DNA from: Eubacteriales bacterium
Lineage (GTDB): Bacteria; Bacillota; Clostridia; Oscillospirales; CAG-272
Assembly (NCBI GenBank): GCA_045587025.1
Contig: JAZNBK010000053.1
Location: 19,136 to 83,135, forward strand
DNA: 64,000 nt
Direction: 5' to 3'
A program made the position numbers and the translations under genes. Positions 57,524 through 64,000 of this stretch are shown one piece after another (position 1 is the first letter of the stretch; every line of letters starts with the position of its first letter). A model generated the notes under the pieces. It saw only the letters and a program-made list of their open reading frames with translations. It ran no database searches and was not told the DNA's origin.

Positions 57524-57559
57524 AGGCGCTTATGGAGCTTTTGCCATAAGTGCCTTTTT
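57524..57559 (+). terminator. intrinsic terminator after the HTH gene
   Basis: 12-bp stem AGGCGCTTATGG / CCATAAGTGCCT (one G-U), 8-nt loop, T4. Confidence 0.75.
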
Positions 57560-57635
57560 ACTTTTGTGATTCGCCTTTGACACAAACACAAAATACGGCA
57601 TACCCCTTTCGAGATATGCCGTATTCTTGTTTAAA

Positions 57636-58643
57636 TTACAAAAGCGTGATTCCTGCTGCTTTGCATTTATCAACGGTTTCTTTATCCCAAATGCTCGACT
57701 GTACCTCGCCTACGTGGGCGCAGCCAATCATAAGCATACAAAGACGGGACTGACCTATACCGCCGCCCATAGTAAGCGGCAATTCTCCGTTTAAGAGCAT
57801 TTTGTGGAAGGGCAGTTCTCTCCTGTCGTCACAGCCCTTTATCGCAAGCTGTCTGTCAAGCGCCGCCTCATCTACTCTTATACCCATTGAGGAAATCTCA
57901 ATAGCGCAGTCGAGAACCTCGTTATAAAACATAATATCGCAGTTCAAGCTCCAGTCGTCGTAGTCGGGCGCTCTTCCGTCGTGCGGCTTTCCCGATTTCA
58001 ATGCGCCGCCTATCTGCATAATAACTGCGGTCTTATGCTCCTTCAAATATGCGTTTTCCCTCTCCTTTGCGGTGAGGTCGGGATACATATCCTCAAGCTC
58101 CTGCGTGGTTATCGCAGACATCTTGCGGCTAAGACGGGTATTTATAGTAGGAAATTCAGCGATAAGCATATCGCAGGTATCGCAGATAGCGTCTATAATG
58201 CTCTGAGTTGTTTGCTTAAGATAATCGAGCGTTCTCTGTTCTTTTGTGATTATCTTCTCCCAGTCCCATTGGTCAACGTATATCGAATGAAGGTTATCCA
58301 AATCTTCATCACGGCGAATTGCGTTCATATCGGTATAGAGCCCCTTGCCTGCGCGGAAGTCGTAGCGCTTTAAGGCAAGACGCTTCCATTTTGCGAGAGA
58401 GTGAACCACCTGACCGACAGAGCCAACCGCAGGAATGTCAAAGGAAACAGGTCTTTCATGTCCGTTAAGGTTATCATTCAAGCCGGAATTTTCCTCGACA
58501 AAAAGCGGCGCTGAAACTCTGCGAAGATTAAGCGCTTCTGCAAGCTTTACTTGGAAATTCTTTTTGATAAATTCAATTGCCCTCTGCGTTTCATAAATTG
58601 GCAGAGGAGATTTATAATTTTTAGGAATGATAATACGGTTCAT
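57636..58643 (-). CDS. asnA: aspartate--ammonia ligase
   Basis: 335 aa with a GGAGGGAG RBS. Full-length AsnA pattern (ETQRAIEFIKKNF, RVSAPLFV, HSIYVDQWDWEK, GGGIGQSRLCMLM). Confidence 0.95.
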   Translation of the reverse strand: MNRIIIPKNYKSPLPIYETQRAIEFIKKNFQVKLAEALNLRRVSAPLFVEENSGLNDNLNGHERPVSFDIPAVGSVGQVVHSLAKWKRLALKRYDFRAGKGLYTDMNAIRRDEDLDNLHSIYVDQWDWEKIITKEQRTLDYLKQTTQSIIDAICDTCDMLIAEFPTINTRLSRKMSAITTQELEDMYPDLTAKERENAYLKEHKTAVIMQIGGALKSGKPHDGRAPDYDDWSLNCDIMFYNEVLDCAIEISSMGIRVDEAALDRQLAIKGCDDRRELPFHKMLLNGELPLTMGGGIGQSRLCMLMIGCAHVGEVQSSIWDKETVDKCKAAGITLL

Positions 58644-58938
58644 AATAACTCCCTCCTTAATAACACTTTATTTTAACACATTATATCTCATTTATCAAGA
58701 TATCTGACAAAAAAATGTTTTTTTCAGAATTTTGTGTTGTAATAAAATAATATGTGATTTTATAGCAAAAATAGCCGTTTTTTTTCAATATGTTTCCCTA
58801 AACTGCTGTATTTTGATTTTCGACCATAGGTTGAAAATCACATTTGTCCTTAACTGTTTTCTTTCGCGGTGACAGAGAAAGCAATATTATTGCTCGCTCC
58901 GTAAGGATATATTTATACTGATATGAAACACCCCAAAA

Positions 58939-59439
58939 TCATTTGTATTTTTCGGACACGATTATCCCGTCCTCAACCAAAGCTTCCTTAACTGTGCCGT
59001 AGCAGCTTTCATTAAAGGGACACTCTTTTGCATAATCGTTTTTTGGGTAACACTGTTTCCTGAAATCCTTAGCGAGCACGAGCGAGCCGCTAAAGCTTGA
59101 CCTTTGACCTATCTCATAAATATACATACGAGGGTTATCACAGCCGTATTTGCCGCTTTTCTTACAGTTAACGATTTGACTGCCGTATATTTTTGGAAAC
59201 GGCTTAAGCCCTTTTCGAAACTCCCCCAAAACGTAAGATAAATATAAGGTATTATCCTTTAACTCATATCCGATTTCGTAAGAATAATATTGAGTTCTTC
59301 TCGGCTTTAATCCAAGAGAATAAATGTCTACGTATAACGACGGAGCGGCAGACAAGATTACGAAATCATTGTCCGTTTGATAACCTATCGCATATTTAAC
59401 GCCATATTTATCGACAAAATGGTTTTGAGATGATTCCAT
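58939..59439 (-). CDS. hypothetical protein
   Basis: 166 aa with an AAGGAGGA RBS. Cytoplasmic-looking and Tyr/Lys-rich. No motif I recognise. Confidence 0.5.
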   Translation of the reverse strand: MESSQNHFVDKYGVKYAIGYQTDNDFVILSAAPSLYVDIYSLGLKPRRTQYYSYEIGYELKDNTLYLSYVLGEFRKGLKPFPKIYGSQIVNCKKSGKYGCDNPRMYIYEIGQRSSFSGSLVLAKDFRKQCYPKNDYAKECPFNESCYGTVKEALVEDGIIVSEKYK

Positions 59440-59679
59440 TGCGTCCTCCTTTGTTATGTATTATGCGTAGCTTGTCCCAAGGTGAAATTGGGGTGGTTAG
59501 CTGAAGTAAACATATATTCCGTTAAAGGATATATGTTGCTCTCGCGCCGAGGGCGTTACACGGTGCGTTGAAAGCGTGTTCCATTCTCGCAGGTATGCGA
59601 GAATGCCGCCCGACTCGCGATGCTGCGTCTTTGTGTGCAAGCCCCCATGCCGCCGCTTGCGGTCGTGTTTACGTTTGTC

Positions 59680-61053
59680 TTACTCGCGAGTAAGACAAAC
59701 CACGCTTTCGACGTGCCCCGTGCGAGGAAACATATCAAACGGGTAAACCTCGCCCATTTGATACCCGTTTTTCAGCAGGTATGCGGCATCCCTCGCTAAC
59801 GTATCCGCATTGCATGAAATGTAAACAATTTTTTCGCAGTTGATATTTGCTATATACTCTAAAAGCTGCTGCGAGCAGCCCTTTCTCGGCGGGTCAAGGA
59901 TTATAACGTCGGGGGATATTTTTCTTTTTGCGCTTTTCTCTGCTTCCTGTATTATATTTTGCGCCGTCGTCGCATCCGCGCAAAAGAAGCTCGCATTTTT
60001 TATACCGTTTATTTTTGCGTTCTCTTTCGCACATTCTACCGCCTCCGGAACTACCTCTATACCTATGAGCTCAGAAACGTGCTTCGCCATAGAAAGACCA
60101 ATGCTTCCTATCCCGCAATATAGGTCTAACAAGCATTCATTTCCCTTCAGGTCCGCAAGCTCTCTTGCCTTCGTATATATTTTCTCTGCTACCTCTCTGT
60201 TTACCTGATAAAACGACGCAGGCGAAATTTTCAATTCAACTCCGCATAGAACGTCGGTAATCGAGCCATTGCCATATAAATTAACGTATTCGTCCGTGCA
60301 AACCACGTTTGTATCAAGTTGGTTTATATTAAGCATAATAGAAAAAACGGAAGGAAATCTTTCTCTTATTTCCTCTATAAGCAATTCGGACCTCGGAAGC
60401 GTCTTTGCGTTTATTACTAAAACGAGAGAACATTCTTTTTCGTCCTTTGAGCTTCTCAGATATATGTGTCTTAAAATTCCTTCTCCCGTTTTTTCGTCGT
60501 ATACCGAAATTTTATGCCTGTAAAAAAACTCCGAAAGGAAGGATAATATCTCGGAAAAGAGCTTCGGCTGAAGGGGGCATCCCCTCGCCTCTACTACTCT
60601 ATGACTTTTTGGCGCATAGAAGCCGATTATATATTCTCCGTTTTTAGTCATCGACACAGGGTACTGCGCCTTGTTTCTATAGTGCTTAATTTTTTTGGTA
60701 GAAAAAACATCAGCTACTCTTGCGTCCTTTATTCCGCTTTTGCGAAATGCCATCCTGACACGCTCTCGTTTCAACTCAAGCTCGTGCTTATACTCAATAT
60801 CCGCATAGGCGCAACCACCGCACCCAATAGCGTCGCAGAATTTTTCCTTACATCTGAAGGGCGACGGCTCCAAAATTTTTTCAACTCTGGCTACCGCGTA
60901 ATTTTTCTTTACGAGAATAATCTTGGCGAGCACGGTATCACCCTCAACCGCGCCCGAAACGAAAACTACGGCGCCCTCAATTCTACCCACGCCGTAGCCC
61001 AGATTGTTCAAATCCTCTATTTTAATTTCGTATTCCTTGTTTTTTAATATCAT
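59680..61053 (-). CDS. rlmD: 23S rRNA (uracil-C5)-methyltransferase RlmD/RumA family
   Basis: About 457 aa from ATG 61053 (GGGGAG RBS). TRAM N-domain, [4Fe-4S] cysteines (C-x6-C-x2-C: CDAIGCGGC), SAM motif LDLYCGIGSIG, and catalytic VYISCN. Confidence 0.9.
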   Translation of the reverse strand: MILKNKEYEIKIEDLNNLGYGVGRIEGAVVFVSGAVEGDTVLAKIILVKKNYAVARVEKILEPSPFRCKEKFCDAIGCGGCAYADIEYKHELELKRERVRMAFRKSGIKDARVADVFSTKKIKHYRNKAQYPVSMTKNGEYIIGFYAPKSHRVVEARGCPLQPKLFSEILSFLSEFFYRHKISVYDEKTGEGILRHIYLRSSKDEKECSLVLVINAKTLPRSELLIEEIRERFPSVFSIMLNINQLDTNVVCTDEYVNLYGNGSITDVLCGVELKISPASFYQVNREVAEKIYTKARELADLKGNECLLDLYCGIGSIGLSMAKHVSELIGIEVVPEAVECAKENAKINGIKNASFFCADATTAQNIIQEAEKSAKRKISPDVIILDPPRKGCSQQLLEYIANINCEKIVYISCNADTLARDAAYLLKNGYQMGEVYPFDMFPRTGHVESVVCLTRE

Positions 61054-61132
61054 ACCCTGCTCCCCGTGCATACTTAACGTCTTATTCTAACATTTTATAT
61101 GTTTTCTGTCAAGCAAAAATGAAAACAATTAT

Positions 61133-63007
61133 TTACTGCCCGAGGTATATAATAAGTACGCTTATATCGGCAGGATTTACGCCGCTTATGCGTGACGCCT
61201 GCCCTATGTTCACAGGTCTGATTTTTTGCAGCTTCTGCATTGCTTCAATTCGAAGCCCCTTTATTTGCGAATAATCTATATCGGGCGGCAGTAATTTGTT
61301 CTCGAGCTTCTCCTGTTTTGCAACCTCGGAAAGCTCTCTTTTTATATATCCGTCGTATTTTACGTTTATCTGCGCTGTAAGGCGAACGCTTTCAGGCAAG
61401 GTCGGGCGCTCCCTGTCAAGCGGCGCTAAATTGTCATAATTAAGCTCAGGGCGGCGAAGCAGCTCCGAGAGCTTTATACCCGTTACTATATTGGTAGAGC
61501 CGAGAGACGTGAGATAGTCGTTATTTTCCTTCGAGGGATTTACTATCACCTTGTTTAACCTCTTGACCTCGTCGTCTATCATTCTTTTTCTTTCACAAAA
61601 GGCGTCATACCTTTTTTTGCTCAAAAGTCCCACCTTATATCCGATTTCGCTAAGACGCAAATCAGCATTATCCTGTCGCAGAAGAAGACGGTATTCCGAG
61701 CGGGAGGTCATAATTCGATACGGCTCGTTCGTACCCTTGGTTACGAGGTCGTCGATAAGCGTTCCGATATACGAGGAGCTTCTGGTCAGCACTATGCTCT
61801 CTCGCCCTTGCTCTGCAAGCGAGGCGTTAATTCCCGCTATCAAGCCCTGCGCCGCCGCTTCTTCATAGGCGGACGTACCGTAATACTGTCCTGCGCCGTA
61901 AAGTCCCTTTATATCCTTAAATTCAAGCGTAGGCAGAAGCTGCGTGGGATCTATGCAATCATATTCTATCGCATACGCATATCGCATAATCTCCGCCCTC
62001 TCGAAGCCATCGAGAGAATGTATTAGCTTATATTGAACGTCGGTCGGCAAAGAGGTGCTAAATCCCTGTATATACATCTCCTCGGTATTTGCGCCCGTCG
62101 GTTCAACGAAGAGCTGATGCCTTTCCTTGTCTGAAAAACGGACTATTTTATCCTCTATCGAGGGGCAATAGCGAGGCCCTGTGCCGTGAATTTTTCCCGA
62201 ATACATTGCGCTTCGGTGCAGATTTTCTTTTATTATTTCGTGAGTTTTTCCGTTCGTATATACGATATGACAGGGGAGCTGCTCGATTTCATTCAGCGCC
62301 GTCCGGTCGCTATCAACGGAATAGGGGATTATATGCTCCTCGCCGTCCTGCCTTTCGAGCTTGGAAAAATCTATGCTTCCCCGTTTTACTCTCGCAGGCG
62401 TACCCGTCTTAAATCGCATAAGGGTAACACCCTCGCGGATAAGCGCAGAGGAGAGGTCGTTTGCGGGCAACATTCCGTCAGGGCCGCTCTCGTAGGAGAT
62501 ATCTCCGACGAAAATCTTTCCCTTTAAATAGGTGCCCGCGCAAATGATAACACGGTTCACCTGCCAATGCTCGCCCAGCTTTGTAACTATGCCGCAAACG
62601 TGCTTTTTGCCGTTTCTTTCCTCGGTTTTTATATCTGTAATTTCGGCTTGGATAAGACGCAGGTTTTTCTCTTGCTCCAAGGTATGCTTCATAATGCTTC
62701 TGTACTCGCTTCTGTCCGCTTGCACACGCTTGGAATGTACCGCCGCCCCCTTGCCTAAATTGAGGGTTCTCGACTGTAACGTTACCTTGTCTGCGGCAAC
62801 GCCCATTTCGCCTCCTAAAGCGTCAATTTCATATACCAAATGACCTTTTCCCGTTCCCCCAATAGAAGGGTTGCAGGGCAAATTGCCGACTGCGTCAAGG
62901 TTAATTGTGAAAATAACGGTGTCAAGTCCCATTCTTGCGCAAGCAAGCGCCGCTTCAATTCCTGCGTGTCCTGCGCCAACTATCGCAACGTCTGCTTTGT
63001 ATTCCAT
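61133..63007 (-). CDS. mnmG: tRNA uridine-5-carboxymethylaminomethyl(34) synthesis enzyme
   Basis: 624 aa with a GGAG RBS. FAD motif VVGAGHAGIEAA. Full-length GidA/MnmG pattern including GQINGTTGYEEAAAQG-like GAGQYYGTSAYEEAAAQG. Confidence 0.97.
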   Translation of the reverse strand: MEYKADVAIVGAGHAGIEAALACARMGLDTVIFTINLDAVGNLPCNPSIGGTGKGHLVYEIDALGGEMGVAADKVTLQSRTLNLGKGAAVHSKRVQADRSEYRSIMKHTLEQEKNLRLIQAEITDIKTEERNGKKHVCGIVTKLGEHWQVNRVIICAGTYLKGKIFVGDISYESGPDGMLPANDLSSALIREGVTLMRFKTGTPARVKRGSIDFSKLERQDGEEHIIPYSVDSDRTALNEIEQLPCHIVYTNGKTHEIIKENLHRSAMYSGKIHGTGPRYCPSIEDKIVRFSDKERHQLFVEPTGANTEEMYIQGFSTSLPTDVQYKLIHSLDGFERAEIMRYAYAIEYDCIDPTQLLPTLEFKDIKGLYGAGQYYGTSAYEEAAAQGLIAGINASLAEQGRESIVLTRSSSYIGTLIDDLVTKGTNEPYRIMTSRSEYRLLLRQDNADLRLSEIGYKVGLLSKKRYDAFCERKRMIDDEVKRLNKVIVNPSKENNDYLTSLGSTNIVTGIKLSELLRRPELNYDNLAPLDRERPTLPESVRLTAQINVKYDGYIKRELSEVAKQEKLENKLLPPDIDYSQIKGLRIEAMQKLQKIRPVNIGQASRISGVNPADISVLIIYLGQ

Positions 63008-63086
63008 AGATACTCCACTTATTTATAAGAGATTTTTTGCATTTTAGATAAACATTCGATATTGTAAATATTTATTTACAAGTCGC

Positions 63087-64000
63087 TCATCTGAACGTGT
63101 TCCGTCCTACGATTTCAACTCTAAGCGTATTTGTGCTTCCGGGGGTGTCAAGCGGAAATCCCGCCGCAATTACAACGCAATCACCGTCTTTTACGACGTC
63201 GAGCTGCTTCGCGCAATCTATAGCGTGCATAAACAGCTCCTCTGACGAGCTTTGATACCTTGCTAATACAGGGAAAATTCCCCAGGAAAGCGCAAGCTGA
63301 TGATAGGTTTTTTCAACGGGGGTCGCCGCCACGAGCGCTTCATAAGGGCGGAACTTGGACATTCTTCTTGCCGTTTGTCCATATTTCGAGACGGCTATAA
63401 TCGCCTTCGCCTTAAGGTCGCGCGCGGTAGTACAAGCGGCGTCACAAAGGGCGTTCGTAGTATCGCTGTAATCTATTTCGTAATTAATATCCTTATAAAC
63501 GTTCATTTCAAAGGCGTCTTTTTCTGCCTGCTCGGCAATTTTCGCCATAGTTTCTACCGCCAACGTAGGATATTTTCCCATAGCGGTCTCCCCTGAAAGC
63601 ATTATAGCCGACGTGCCGTCAAAGACCGCATTCGCAACGTCTGTGATTTCTGCTCTCGTGGGCTGCGGATGATTAATCATAGATTCGAGCATCTGTGTTG
63701 CCGTTATAACCATTTTTCCCGACTGATAGCACCTCTTAATGAAGCGCTTCTGGAGTCCCGGGAGCTTCTCATATTCAATTTCCACTCCCATGTCGCCTCT
63801 TGCGACCATAATGCCGTCGACTTCTTCCAATATCTCATCGAAGTTGTTTATTCCTTCGGCGTTTTCTATCTTTGCAATAATACGTATGCTGTGTCCGCCG
63901 TTGAAGTCAATAAATTTTCGGAGCGCTATCATATCTTCCCTGCAACGCACGAACGAGGCGGCTATAAAATCAACGTCGTTTTCAATTCCGAAAAGCAAGT
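63087..64000 (-). CDS. pyk: pyruvate kinase (3' part; the gene continues beyond the window end)
   Basis: The ORF is open to the window edge. MVARGDMGVEI and MLSGETAMGKYP motifs plus a C-terminal regulatory domain. Confidence 0.9.
   Translation of the reverse strand, partial: LLFGIENDVDFIAASFVRCREDMIALRKFIDFNGGHSIRIIAKIENAEGINNFDEILEEVDGIMVARGDMGVEIEYEKLPGLQKRFIKRCYQSGKMVITATQMLESMINHPQPTRAEITDVANAVFDGTSAIMLSGETAMGKYPTLAVETMAKIAEQAEKDAFEMNVYKDINYEIDYSDTTNALCDAACTTARDLKAKAIIAVSKYGQTARRMSKFRPYEALVAATPVEKTYHQLALSWGIFPVLARYQSSSEELFMHAIDCAKQLDVVKDGDCVVIAAGFPLDTPGSTNTLRVEIVGRNTFR

Noticed and set aside
58644-58938. T-box or other leader upstream of asnA (295-bp spacer)
   Set aside because: The minus-strand sequence shows a promoter close to the RBS and only one simple 8-bp hairpin. 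There is no T-box consensus (GGTGGTACCGCG-like), specifier-loop architecture or terminator/antiterminator pair.
59440-59560. c-di-AMP (ydaO-type) riboswitch suggested by CAGCTAACC on the minus strand
   Set aside because: Only this 9-mer resembles the consensus. The paired ACGGGG / GGGGA-CC and AAUC elements and the pseudo-twofold architecture are absent.
1-64000. CRISPR arrays, rRNA genes, IS elements or transposases, prophage structural genes
   Set aside because: I noticed no regularly spaced short direct repeats, no rRNA-like conserved stretches, and no ORFs with DDE/tyrosine/serine recombinase or capsid/terminase motifs while reading both strands.

Overview
The gene content looks like a chromosomal segment of a spore-forming Firmicute, probably a Clostridia-type anaerobe. 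Supporting genes are a SpoVAF/GerA-type germination protein, an M50 site-2 protease, a PerR, reverse rubrerythrin and rubredoxin cluster, luxS-mtnN, and the rpmH-rnpA-yidD-yidC-jag-mnmE cluster. I support about 60 protein-coding genes, two tRNAs (Arg-CCU, Gln-CUG), and several intrinsic terminators and sigma-A-type promoters. Two short genes are absent from the ORF track: rubredoxin at 20132-20287 and rpmH at 45952-46086. Most of the window is housekeeping: ppdK, a heterodimeric ABC exporter, birA, dusB, nth, maf, lysS, greA, rsmE, prmA, ribF, potABCD, a two-component system with HtrA, asnA, rlmD, mnmG and a partial pyk. Four AT-rich accessory islets interrupt this background. (1) An HTH-Fic gene lies beside tRNA-Arg. 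(2) A 2.3-kb cassette at 20.4-22.7 kb encodes an EcoRI-family adenine methyltransferase tightly coupled (4-nt gap, RBS inside the upstream gene) to a DUF262(ParB-like)-HNH nuclease. It sits inside a bidirectional terminator, is bracketed by ~120-bp near-identical direct repeats, and carries no recombinase. This is my best candidate for an unusual restriction or defence module. (3) A lipoprotein gene next to tRNA-Gln is preceded by a ~230-nt leader with nested helices and an attenuator terminator. (4) A divergent XRE-HTH / SLOG(DUF1273-like) pair has three copies of a 14-bp palindromic operator. I saw no CRISPR array, rRNA, transposase or integrase. Every call comes from reading motifs by eye, with no database search, so family names are recollection-based and coordinates of small RNA or regulatory elements are hand-counted.
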